Positions 1 through 11,794 are shown, counted from the stretch's first letter. The stretch is DNA of 64,000 bases from Octopus vulgaris (GCA_951406725.2 OX597814.1:219232001-219296000); one strand, 5' to 3'. Numbers and translations are program-made. The notes: generated from the sequence alone by a model not told the origin.

Positions 1-2716
1 AGGTCAGCTACCATCATCTCGGCATATGCCCCTCAACCAGGGCTACCGGAAGGACAAAAAGACCAATTCTATGACACCCTATTGCGGACTACCTCGTTGA
101 CAAATGACAGTGACCTTCTCTTCGTGGCAGGTGATTTCAATGGACATGTTGGACGGCATGTCGGGGGCTTCCATGGCGTTCATGGAGGCTGCGGTTTTGG
201 CTCTCGTAATGAGGAGGGAACCAGACTGCTGGAGTTCTGCGATGCAAATGACCTTATGGTCTGCAATACCAACTTCAGGAAACCCACCTCTCACCTAGTC
301 ACCTACCGTTCTGGCAGACACACTAGCCAGATTGACTACATCCTTGCCAGAAAAAGGGAAAGAGGGCTGCTTATAAATGCCAAAACCTTTCCAGGCGAAG
401 AATGTACTCCTCAACATAGATTAGTAGTTAGCGACTTCAGGATCAGAGCTAAATGGTTGCCCAGAAGAAGACCTACTTGGAGGAGAAGGGTCTGGAAGCT
501 TAAAGATCCTGCAAATGGACAGAGATTTAGAGACATACTACTCGAAGCCTTTGACAAAATAGAAGGGGATATAGCTTCACTTAATGTGGAAGACAACTGG
601 AGATTTCTACGGGACAATCTGCTGACAGCCACTGACCAGATCTGTGGATGGAGCAAAGTACCATCTCGACCCAGAGTAACGTGGTGGTGGAACACTGTGG
701 TTGACAGGGCTATTAGACAAAAGAGACAGGCTTGGAAGGACTGGAAGAACGGTGGTAGCAGGGAATTGTATCAGACAGCCAGAAGGGAAGCTAGGAGACA
801 TGTTTATTTAGCCAGAGGGGAAGCAGATAAGAAAAAATTTGCCAATGTTCTGCGCCATGAGGATGAAAGACTTGAGGTATTTCGTGTTGCAAGACAGTGT
901 GTGAGAGAAAATCGTGATGTGGTAGGAGAGAAATGTGTCCGCATGGATGATGGTCACTTGCGCTAAATGAGGATGCAAAGAGAGAGGTTTGGAGATGCCA
1001 CTATGAAAGGTTGCTGAATAAAGAAAATGAATGGTATAAAGAGAGTTTGCCGAATGTCAACCCAACAGAGGGACCAGCCATCCGAGTTGAAAATTCTTTG
1101 GTAGTTAAAGCAATTAGAAGCATGAAGACAGGGAAAGCCCCAGGCCCATCAGGAATTACTGCAGAGATGCTCAAAATATCTGGCAGTGTCGGCCATAACC
1201 TAGTCACCCGTATAGTCAACCAGGTGATACACGAAGGAGTCATACCCAATGATTGGTGTAGCAGCAAACTAGTCAACTGCTACAAAGGTAAAGGTGACGC
1301 CCTAGATACAAATAATTACAGAGGTATCAAGCTGTTGGATCAGGTAATGAAGGTTACGGAGAGGGTCATAGCCCAACTAATTAGAGAGAGAATTAGTTTA
1401 GATGAGATGCAGTTTGGGTTCGTGCCAGGGAAAAGTACCACTGATGCTATATTCCTGGTAAGGCAGCTGCAGGAGAAATACCTAGCCAAAGATAAGCCCC
1501 TGTACCTGGCTTTCGTTGACATGGAGAAAGCCTTTGACAGGGTCCCCCGATCCCTTATCTGGTGGTCAATAAGGAAACTAGGGATAGATGAATGGCTGGT
1601 GATGGCTGTGCAAGCCATGTACAGAGATGCCGTAAGTAAGGTTAGGGTTGGCAACATGTACACAGAAGAATTCAAAGTAGAGGTTGGGGTCCACCAGGGT
1701 TCAGTACTCAGCCCCTCCTATTTATCATAGTCCTCCAGGCAATTACGGAGGAATTCAAGACAGGTTGCCCCTGGGAGCTCCTCTATGCTGACGACCTTGC
1801 TCTAATTGCTGAGTCACTATCAGAACTGGAGGAGAGGTTCCAGGTGTGGAAGGAGGGTTTAGAATCGAGGGTCCTTAGAGTCAACCTAGCTAAAACCAAA
1901 GTACTAATAAGTAGGAAGATAGACAATCCCTGCTCGATCTGTAGAAAAGGTGTAGGTAGAAACTCTATAAGATGTACCCAGTGTAAGCTATGGACACATA
2001 AGAGGTGCAGCAATGTCAAAGGTAGGCTAACTGGGAACATAGTTTTTGTATGTGGCAGATGCTCGGGAGCATTAACCTCCGAAAATCTGCAGAAAACAAC
2101 TTTCGTCACTTTCCAGGGGGAAAAACTAGAAGTAGTTGATAGCTTCCGCTATCTAGGTGACCAAGTCAGTAGTGGGGGTGGGTGCGTTGAAAGTGTAACT
2201 GCTAGAATAAGAATAGCCTGGGCAAAGTTTAGGGAGCTCTTACCTCTGCTGGTGACTAAAGGCCTCTCGCTCAGAGTAAAAGGCAGACTGTATGATGCAT
2301 GTGTACGAACAGCCATGCTACATGGCAGTGAAACATGGGCCGTGACTGCTGAGGACATGCGTAAGCTCGCGAGGAATGAAGCCAGTATGCTCCGATGGAT
2401 GTGTAATGTCAGTGTGCATACTCGACAATGCGTTAGTACCTTGAGAGAAATGTTGTACCTAAGAAGCATCAGTTGTGGTGTGCAAGAAAGACGATTGCGC
2501 TGGTATGGTCATGTGGCGAGAATGGATGAAGATAGGTGTGTGAAAAAGTGCCAATCCCTAGCAGTTGAGGGAACCTGTGGAAGAGGTAGACCCAGGAAAA
2601 CCTGGGATGAGGTGGTGAAGCCCGACCTTCGAACTTTAGGCCTCACTGAGGAAATGACCAGCGACCGAGACCTTTGGAAATATGCTGTACGTGAGAAGAC
2701 CAGGCAGGACAAGTGA
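1..2716 (+). pseudogene. RTE ORF (endonuclease-RT polyprotein) broken by two -1 frameshifts
   Basis: ORF pieces 82-966, 1011-1730 and 1844-2716 join colinearly with frame changes near 955 and 1712. Confidence 0.88.
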
Positions 2717-2921
2717 GTCCAGCCCACTTATGCATGCCTTTCCTCCCTTGGACACAAAGACCTGTGGAGGCAAGCGAAGTCGATATCGAACCTCATCCGA
2801 CGACAGGCACCCTCTGCTTGCGAAGACATGTTGGGGCAAGTGAAATCGAAATCGGAATCGAAATTGAACCAATCCTATGACTGGCACCCGGCAGATGCCA
2901 GGACCCCTGGACTGGTGGTAC

Positions 2922-3132
2922 GTAAAAAGCACTATCCGAATCGTGGCCGATGCCAGCGCCGCCTCGACTGGCTTCCGTGTCGGTGGCACATAAAAAGCAC
3001 CATCTGAATCGTGGCCGAAGCCAGTGCCGCCTCGACTGGCTTCCATGCCGGTGGCATGTAAAATGCACCAATCCGGCCGTGGCCATTGCCAGCCTCGCCT
3101 GGCACCTGTGCGGGTGGCACGTAAAAAGCACC
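2922..3132 (+). repeat. ~68-bp tandem repeat (about 3 units) in the RTE 3' UTR
   Basis: Anchor RTAAAAWGCAC recurs at 2922, 2990, 3058 and 3121 with conserved cgtggccgatgccag...ggtggcac body. Confidence 0.85.
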
Positions 3133-3282
3133 CACTACACTCACGGAGTGGTTGGCGTTAGGAAGGGCATCCAGCTGTAGAAACATTGCCAGATAAGACT
3201 GGAGCCTGGTGCAGCCTCCTGGCTTCCCAGATCCCCGGTCGAACCGTCCAACCCATGCTAGCATGGAGAACGGACGTTAAAC

Positions 3283-3392
<110 letters not shown>

Positions 3393-4135
3393 TCTTAGCT
3401 GATTTCAAACTGGGAACCGTTATGTTAGAACGTACTGGCGTCAGTTGCTTAGTAAATAAAAACATTAACACTTTTGGTTTACAAATAACGGTTCCTCCTT
3501 AGAAGTCAGCCCGGATGGATATATATTAGAATTAAAATGCGATCAGCAATCGAAACGTAATGTAAATATAAATACATACTTTAAAGACAAGGTTATCAGC
3601 CTAGAAAATTGTCATTTGAATAAACGTAGCTCATTTTAGATTTCTCGTTGTTTATTAAACTTCCTTTTCGGGTGATTCCGGAACCAAATGATCGTGACGC
3701 CTATAGCCGGAACTGAATATCAGCTGGACCAGTCTTTTACTCAGCGACGTGTGTAACTTGTTTTATTTTCTCTATTTTAATTAATAAGTTATTAAAAAGA
3801 AATATTCTTAGGGACCAGTGTTTATATTATATATGCCATCCGGGATAGATTAACAGATTTCTTCCCCAACGCATGAAAGTAGAATATTAAGCCAGCACGA
3901 AGCAATATATCTTTATATCGTCAACCGTTACTAAACTACAATCATTAAAATAATGAGAAATTTTATTAAGAAAAAAAAAATTCTTTTTGCATTATTATTA
4001 TTGTTACTAAAAAACAAACAAGCATGTTGCTCTTCTTTTTTATTTTCCGGGACCGGTCTAATTTTCCAATGAAATGAGCAAATCATTTCCTCCCGCAAAG
4101 AATTCCTGATAGTACTGATGGACCAAACAAAATAG

Positions 4136-4365
4136 GGCAGCGAGCTGGCAGAATCGTTAGCATGCCGGGCGAAATGCTTTGTGGTATTTCGTCCGCCGCT
4201 GCGTTCTGAGTTCAAATTCCGCCGAGGTCGACTTTGCCTTTCATCCTTTCGGGGTCGATAAATTAAGTACTAGTTACGCACTGGAGTCGATGTAATCGAC
4301 TTAATCCGTTTGTCTGTCCTTGTTTGTCCCCTCTATGTTTAGCCCCTTGTGGGCAATAAAGAAAC
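4136..4365 (+). mobile_element. tRNA-derived SINE, family A (ggcggcgagctggcagaa head), full length
   Basis: A-box-like gagctggcagaatcg, B-box-like gagttcaaattcc; close match to copies at 15951, 47381 and 62745. Confidence 0.85.
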
Positions 4366-4393
4366 AAATAGTACTGATGGACCAAACAAGATA

Positions 4394-4518
4394 GGGCAGC
4401 GAGCTGGCAGAATCGTTAGCACCACGCACAAAATGTTTATCGGCATTCCGTCCATCTTCACGTTCTGAGTTCAAATTCCACCGACATTAGCTTTGCCTTT
4501 CATTCTTTCGGGGACCAG
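4394..4518 (+). mobile_element. Family A SINE, older 3'-truncated copy
   Basis: Same head and B box, more diverged. Confidence 0.75.
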
Positions 4519-4621
4519 TTGCTGGACTTGAAATCAGTACTTATGAACAGGCTTGTTACATAGGTCTGATTGCAGACACTAAATGATTTTCTAAGGATGT
4601 ACATGTGTGTCTATCTGTTTT

Positions 4622-4825
4622 GGTTTTAAATTTTGGTACATGGCCAGCATTTTCGGTGGTGGGGGATAAGTCAACTACATCGACCCCAGTGCTCGATTAG
4701 TATTTATTTTATCGACCTCGAAAAGATCAAAGGTAAAGTCAACCCCGGTGAAATTTGAACTCTAACGACAGACGAAATGCCGCTAAGCATTTTGCCCGCC
4801 CTGCTAACTTATAACTCACCGCCTT
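4622..4825 (-). mobile_element. Family A-related SINE, diverged
   Basis: Reverse complement matches head, gtcgataaaataa...actggggtcgatgta core and ggccttgtgccaaaatttgaaacc-type tail seen at 20613-20822. Confidence 0.7.
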
Positions 4826-4917
4826 CTCTATCTACATGTATTAATCAAAGTATACAGTAGTATAGATACATTATAGCCGATCTTATCAATCGGTTTCACA
4901 CTGGGTATTAGAACAGG

Positions 4918-4921
<4 letters not shown>

Positions 4922-4997
<76 letters not shown>
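4922..4997. repeat. (TC)n(AC)n microsatellite
   Basis: Directly visible. Confidence 0.97.
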
Positions 4998-5312
4998 TAT
5001 ATGTATGTGTATATGCGTACATACATCTATATACGTACACGTGCGCGCGCTCATATACAGGGTGTTCGGCTAAATTTGAGGATTTTTGTGTCTTCCTTTT
5101 TTCAAGAACAGCCAGCTTGATGTAGTGGTGAACAGTCAAAAGCGTTGCAGAGTATAAAGATTAAAATAGTAGTGAAAAAAAAAAGTTAGCTATCATGGAG
5201 GACTACAAACCATCTGAATATTGGATGAGTTAACTGTATTATGATGATTCGCTCCAAGTATCAAAATGCTGACACCATGCCTGCTGCTCAATGGTTTGTG
5301 AACACTCTAAAG

Positions 5313-5621
5313 AAAAAAACAAAAAAAAACGTCGCCCTTTTCAAGTCTAGCCAGGCTCATGGGCCCGGTTTCCCGGTTTCTGTGGCGTATGTGCTCCCCC
5401 CAGCTGGACGGGACGCCAGTCCATCGCAGCGTTACTCAAGAAGCAGGAAGAAAGAGTGAGAGAAAGTTGTAGCGAAAGAGTACAACAAGGGCCGCCACCA
5501 CACTCTGCCGGAGCCTCGTGGAGCTTTTAGGTGTTTTCACTCAATAAACACACACAACGCCCGGTCTGGGAATCGAAACCGCGAGTCCGCTGCCCTAACT
5601 ACTGGGCCATTGCGCCTCCAC
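5313..5621 (-). mobile_element. tRNA-derived SINE with family B head and a distinct 3' tail, inserted in the Tc1/mariner element
   Basis: 16-bp TSD tgtgaacactctaaag at 5297-5312 and 5622-5637; head ggaggcgcaatggcccagtagttagggcagcggactcgc on minus strand. Confidence 0.88.
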
Positions 5622-6123
5622 TGTGAACACTCTAAAGGCTGTAAAAGGTGACGTGGACATCTGCAAAGGAGACTACGAAGCCGTGTTCAACAGGGACCCA
5701 ACAGGTGTCCTGACTGCGTCTACATGCTGGAATTCACCCCCACATCTTTGACCAGGGCCTTAGGCTCAATTCAGACGACTCTGTGAAGCTGCTTGAGACT
5801 GTGGTCAATCCCTTCAGGGGAAGGGGTTGCTGCTGGAAGGCTATAAGTGTGACAACAGGATTCGGCTCCTTGCAATACCCCCAGAATGAGTCAGAAGTGG
5901 TTATCGGAGAATGTCTACGACTTCATCACCCCTAGTTTCTGGGCTTTCAATCCCCCCCGATTGTAATCCCATAGATTATTATGTGTGGAGCACGGTTGAG
6001 AAAGACACCAGCCGCTCTGTCTGCAACACCGAGTCCGAGTTGGTGGTCAAGATGAAGGAGGTGTTCGAAGATCTTCCCAGGGACACAGGGAGGAACGCAT
6101 GCATCAGGTCCTGGAGCCGTCTT

Positions 6124-6427
6124 GAGGCCATGATGGAAGCGGAGGGCAGCTATTTTGAGTTAAGGCCGTGGTGGAAGCTGAGGGCAGCTACTTTGAGTTG
6201 AGGCCGTGATGGAAGCTGAGGGCAGCTACTTTGAGTTGAGGCCGTGATGGAAGCTGAGGGCAGCTACTTTGAGTTGAGGCCGTGATGGAAGCTGAGGGCA
6301 GCTACTTTGTGTTGAGGCCGTGATGGAAGCTGAGGGCAGCTACTTTGAGTTGAGGCCGTGATGGAAGCTGAGGGCAGCTACTTTGAGTTGAGGCCGTGAT
6401 GGAAGCTGAGGGCAGCTACTTTGAGTA
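6124..6427 (+). repeat. 38-bp minisatellite, 8 copies
   Basis: Unit gaggccgtgatggaagctgagggcagctactttgagtt starts at 6124, 6162, 6200, 6238, 6276, 6314, 6352, 6390. Confidence 0.95.
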
Positions 6428-6554
6428 AATTGTTATCTCCCAGCCATAATCTAGTCGATATTTTTCGATTTTTAAAATACTTGTATTTTTGGATGGGATG
6501 TTGTTTTCTTTTCCATTTATGCAAACAGTGAAACTTAGCCTGAACACTATGTAA

Positions 6555-6568
6555 ATAGATAGATAGAT

Positions 6569-6640
<72 letters not shown>

Positions 6641-6678
6641 GGATGGATGGATGGATGGATGGATGGATGGATGGATGC
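6555..6678. repeat. (GATA)n(GGAT)n microsatellite
   Basis: Directly visible. Confidence 0.97.
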
Positions 6679-6752
6679 ATGCATATATGTATGGAACGTA
6701 AGGCTTATGATATCCGAGGAATATCATCTTCCATCCCTTTTCTTGTTCTTTA

Positions 6753-7141
6753 TGTAGTTCAGGCTTTCGGCAGGTGAAGAGAAAAGACTTCAAACATAAA
6801 TGCTATTTACAACAGGTTTATTTACAGGAAAGGTGAAACGTGCTGCTTTCAGCTACCATCTTAAGCTCCGATAGAGTGGACGCAGGGCCACTGGAGATCG
6901 ACAGGTAGAAAAATCTGCCAGCGTTCGTGTTCAGCCAAATGCTGCTGTGTAAAAAGGCGCCAAAGAGAATAGACAGGACGCAATCGGGTTTCCGTCTACA
7001 TCGTTCCGTCGCGAGCCTCGTTGGGATCTCGCGCATGGCAAATGGATGCAGGTGAGGTCTCGCTCCACTCTCGGAGATGGCTATGGCTATGGCTGCCGCG
7101 AGATCTCATCCAATATGGCGCTGGCTGTTTGTGCCGCTACA
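6753..7141 (-). mobile_element. 3' LTR of the Ty3/Gypsy element (~389 bp)
   Basis: TGTAG...CTACA inverted termini; purine tract agtggggagcc just upstream on minus strand; AATAAA on minus strand near 6820. Confidence 0.75.
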
Positions 7142-10100
7142 AATGGCTCCCCACTGAGTGCAGAAGTACGAAAACAGAATAATTGAAGCAGGCACAAGAA
7201 AGAGCAAAGATGGCAAGTGATCGCAACCAACAAGATATGGTACAAAAATGTAACAAGTCAAATAGAACAATAACTGCAAGAAATATAAATTGGCATGCAC
7301 AAAATTTGACAAAATGTTCAATGGCAGAGTATTGGAACTTGTGCAGTAACACAACAAAGTAAGTGTGTGTCACAGGAAGCACAAAAGATAATGTCATATA
7401 AAATAGTCTTAGTCTTTTAGGCCAATGCACAGTACGGCCAGTCGTGGTGCCATAGGGTTTGTTCGTGTTAGGCAGTGGCGACGAAAGTATAGGTGTAGGT
7501 GATGGTGTGGTCAAAGGTGCATGTGCAGGTGGATGTGTAGGTGGTTGTAAAGGATCAAAGGTGGACGTGTCTGGGGTGTCATCGAAAGGTGTGGACACCT
7601 CGAAATGTACCCTTTTAAGTCTGTCGACCGACACGGTCTCTGCCCGACCATTGATGTCAAGACTAAAAGTTTTGGGTGTGTGCGATAGCACATGGAATGG
7701 TCCCTTATAAGGAGAAACGAGAGGTCCTCTGACAGAATCATCCCGAACAAAAACATGAGTCCATTTGTCAATATCCGGAGGGACGTGAGAGGGAATAGAC
7801 TGGTCACGCGGATGCATGGGTGGAGGACACGAGAAATACAAGCGAAGTCTGGTGACATACGACGTTGGATCAGGAGACGATGAGTTGTCTGGCGCTAACA
7901 TTGTACCAGGGAATGCCAGGGTGGTACCGTAAAGAAGTTCAGCAGAGCAGAAACCTAAGTCTGCTTTAACAGCAGTACGACAATCAAGAAGAACGATAGG
8001 CAGGAATTCTGTCCAAGACTGCGGATCAGAAGTGGCACGTAGAGCGGCCTTCAGTTGCCTGTGAAAACGTTCGCCCATCCCGTTGGAGGCTGGATGGTAG
8101 CTGGTCGTACGAATGTGATGAACGCCTAGGATTCGTGATAATTCACGAAATAGGGAAGCCTCGAACTAGTGTCCACGATCAGTGGTTATTTTAGCAGGGA
8201 CTCCAAAGCGAGCAATCCAGTTAGAAACGAAAGCTCGAGCAACTGACTCAGCGGAAATGTTCACTATTGGAATGGCCTCTGGCCAACGAGAGAAACGATC
8301 GACGCATGTCAATATGTAAGAGAATCCGCGACTGACAGGCCATGGTCCATCCAGATCAATGTGGACATGGTGAAAGCGAATCTCCGGAGGAGAAAACTGT
8401 CCAAGAGAAGCGCGAATATGCCTATGGACTTTAGAACGCTGATATTTTACACAAGAGTGTGCCCAATCGGTGATCATCGGGCGCATATTAGGCCAGGAAA
8501 ACCGAGCCGTAATAAGCTTCAAAGTGACGCCAGGATATGACAGTGAATGCAAAGCATCAAAAAGGGATCGATGGTGGATCTCGGGTACAGACGGCCTGGG
8601 AGAACCAGCAGCTGTGTCACAAAGAATGGTGCCTTCAGTAGTCGGAAGTGGGAGATAGGTAAATTTGCAGCAGGATAACTTGGTAGAATCTAAATCCAAA
8701 GTGTCAAAAGCTGGCTGATCCTGCGCATAGGCAGCAGGAGATGAAAGGGAGCAGACAGGAAGACGAGAGAGGTGCGTGAGCAGGTACGTTCTCTGTTGCA
8801 GGAATGTGCCGAATGTCATTCGTGAACTGGGAAATGTAGTCCAGGTGATGAAAAGCACGAGGCGAGAATTTATCCGATTTGGATGCCAGAGCAAACGTAA
8901 GAGGCTTGTGATCAGTATCGATCACAAAATCTAGGCCCACGAGTTGATGTTGAAAATGACGAACGGACAGGTAGATCGCCAAGAGCTCGCGATCAAACGT
9001 ACTGTACCGACGTTCAGCTGGCTTTAATTGGCGAGAAAAAAACGCCAAAGGTTTAGTCTGATTGTCTATGTTGTGCTGCAAAACAGCACCAACTTCAGAG
9101 TCCGATGCCTCAACGGTCAAAGAGAGAAGGGCGTCGGGAACTGGATGTGCAAGCAAAGGGACAGAAGCGATTTCCTTCTTAATGGACTCAAAAGCAGATA
9201 ACGCCTCGTCAGATGAAGCAAGAGGAGAATTCTTTTTGTTATCTGCTTTCAACAGCTGAGTCAAAGGAAGTAACTTGTCTTCACGATTTCTAACGAAGCG
9301 TCTGTAGAAATTAACAATGCCCAAAAATTGACGAAGTTGGCGTAGTGAAGTGGGGGGTGGGGTGCGATGCGCTGAATGGCATCGACTTCGGAAGAGAGAG
9401 GTTTGATGCCACTCAAGTCAATATGATGACCCGGAAATTCAAGAGAAGATTTCCCGAAAACACACTTGTCAGGATTACTACACACACCATAGGTGCGAAG
9501 ACGCTGAAAAAGCTGAGACAATTGCTGGAGGTGATTGTCGCTTGCAATGAGTATGTCATCAACATAAGCGAACACAAAAACAAGTCCGCGGATGACTTCG
9601 TCAATGAAACTGTGGAACATTCTGGTAGCGTTCCGCAAATCAAAACTTATATATAGAAACTCAAAAGAACCAAAAGGAGTGGTAATGGCAGTTTTTGGAA
9701 TATCGGCTGGGTTGACCGGTTTGTGATGATAGGCGCAAATGAGGTCAACTTTAGAAAAAATGGTACAGCCATGACGGAGATTTGTCGAAAAATCCTGAGA
9801 TTTTTTTATAGGATATCTGTCAGGTACCGTGACTGCATTAAGACACCTATAATCCCCCACTGGGCGAAAATCAGAATCCCCTTTACGCGCCAAATGAAGG
9901 GGAGATGCCCAAGGGCTGGTGGAGGGGCGTATCAGGACAAGTTGGAGCATGTGCTCAAACTCATCCCTAGTCGTTTTTAGTCGGTCAGGTACAAGCCGCC
10001 GCGGGCACGAAAAAACAGGAGGCCCAGTGGTGGTAATAAAATGGAGGGTCGAGTGCGCGGGTTTTTTCCGAATGAAAAGTATGATCCACTAGCTCTGGGA

Positions 10101-10560
10101 AGGAAGCCAAAAGAGAATGAAAAACGTCTCCTGCGGTGGCAACAAAAAATGCCGGGCTAAGAACTGCATCGGTAGAACCTCGAGTCGGCGCAGAGAGTGA
10201 CGTAGAACCGTCGATAAGCCTCTATTGCCTGACATCTACCAACAGATTAAAGTGGTTCAAAGAATCAGCTCCCAGAATAGGATGTTGTATGTCAGCTATT
10301 GAAAACCCATTGAAAATCTCGACGAAGGTTAATATCCAGGCGTAAAGAAATCTGACCAAAAGCAGCAATGGAAAACAAGTTGATAGCGTGCAATACAATG
10401 GCAGAACGCTTAGGACTGTCTGTAGTGATACGAAGAGGCCAAATAGTGCAAGAAGAACTGGTGTCAACCATGAAGAGTTTCTTAGACACCAAATCTTTGA
10501 CGAAGAATGCACGATGAATAGAATCTGAGATCGTTGAGCAGGTAGCCCTGCTTCCAAACC
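6753..10560 (-). mobile_element. pol: Ty3/Gypsy LTR retrotransposon, degenerate pol (PR-RT-RH-IN), gag and 5' LTR absent
   Basis: Protease FMVDTSS...PILGAD (~10260-10490); [27 protein letters not shown] (9261-9950); RNase H ERRYSTFDRELLA, TDHKPL; integrase [36 protein letters not shown]; domain order is Gypsy type; many frameshifts. Confidence 0.93.
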
Positions 10561-11216
10561 GAAATTAGGCCCCTACTCTAAGTGTAGCCATTTAGCGTAG
10601 AGAAAAGGAAATAGAATTATTTACCTTGGCTTTCAAGGATGACTGTTGAAAGTCTTCTTTTTCGGTCGAGGGGGAATGGGGAAGGGTTTTTCTAGTAAGT
10701 TTTTTTTTGTCGGGGGTGGAGTGAGGGTGGGAAGTACTTATCAAACCCTCCAATGTTATGTGTGTGTGTGTGGGGGGGGATTCCTATTGGCAGCTTTTCT
10801 CCTCCACCTATTTTGTAGGGGGTATTACCTAATTTTGGGGGGGGGGGACTCATTTCGCAGCTATACCCCGTTCGTAATTTGCATTAGTTTTTGTATGGAA
10901 AAAAAATGGAAGGGAGTGGCGGGGGGGGGGGGCTTGTTTGTAGTTTGTAGAGAAAACGTTAAAGGTGCCGGAAGAAACATGGTCTTTCCGCAACAACTAA
11001 AAGACATGAAGAACTAAGAAGGCAAATAATTAGCGGGGGTGGAGGAAAGAAGAGAGAACTAACAGTCAATCGTTCTAGAACTCCCAGAATAAAAACCTAA
11101 ACACCTGAAAGGCCTTCCCTCTTTTCATTACTAAATGTCTTTCCGTCTTCTTCATTGTTAAAGGTAAAGAAGCGAGAAAAGACCGATCGTATTTCAGTCT
11201 GTCGTTGTAAATGATC

Positions 11217-11613
11217 ACTCTTTACTCTCTCTTTTACTCGTTTCAGTCATTTGACTGCGGCCATGCTGGAGCACCGCCTTTAGTCGAGCAAATCGAACCC
11301 GGGACTTATTCTTTGTAAGCCCAGTACTTATTCTATCGGTATCTTTTGCCGAACCGCTAAGTAACGGGGACGTAAACACACCAGCATCGGTTGTCAAGCA
11401 ACGCTAGGGGGACAAACACAGACACATACACACACATATATATACATATATGCGACAGGCTTCTTTCAGTTTCCGTCTACTAAATCCACTCACAAGGCAT
11501 TGGTCGGCCCGGGGCTATAGCAGAAGACACTTGCCCAAGATGCCACGCAGTGGGATTGAACCCGGAACCATGTGGTTGGTTAGCAAGCTACTTACCACAC
11601 AGCCACTCCTGCG
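11217..11613 (-). mobile_element. tRNA-derived SINE, family C (gcaggagtggctgtgtggtaag head, internal (TA)/(TG)n, ccagcatggccgcagtc tail)
   Basis: A/B-box head on minus strand; homologous to 47605-47970, 60205-60560 and 62181-62532. Confidence 0.85.
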
Positions 11614-11670
11614 GCATTCCTTTCACTATCTCTATCGCTTCACTTCTTTTCTCTACGGTTAAGAGAGTGA

Positions 11671-11790
11671 AGGTGCGTGGGTCAGTGGTTAGGGGTATTC
11701 GGCCCACGATCGTAAAGTTATGAGTACGATTCTCTGCAGTGCGCAGTGTTTTTGAGCAAGTAACTCTACACCACCTTGGGCAGTCCACTT
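11671..11790 (+). mobile_element. SINE head fragment (family D-like)
   Basis: gcgtgggtcagtggttagggg...cacgatcgtaaag...ttgagcaag resembles the head at 49421. Confidence 0.6.
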
Positions 11791-11794
11791 GCTG

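Larger units (their letters stand above)
5058..6551 (+). mobile_element. Decayed Tc1/mariner-superfamily DNA transposon
   Basis: TA-flanked imperfect TIRs (cagggtgttcggctaaattt / aaacttagcctgaacactatg); transposase remnant PPDCNPIDYYVW (SPDLNP-like) and C-terminus EAEGSYFE*. Confidence 0.8.

Noticed and set aside
6124-6427. CRISPR-like regular repeat
   Set aside because: Head-to-tail units without spacers, no cas genes, eukaryotic context
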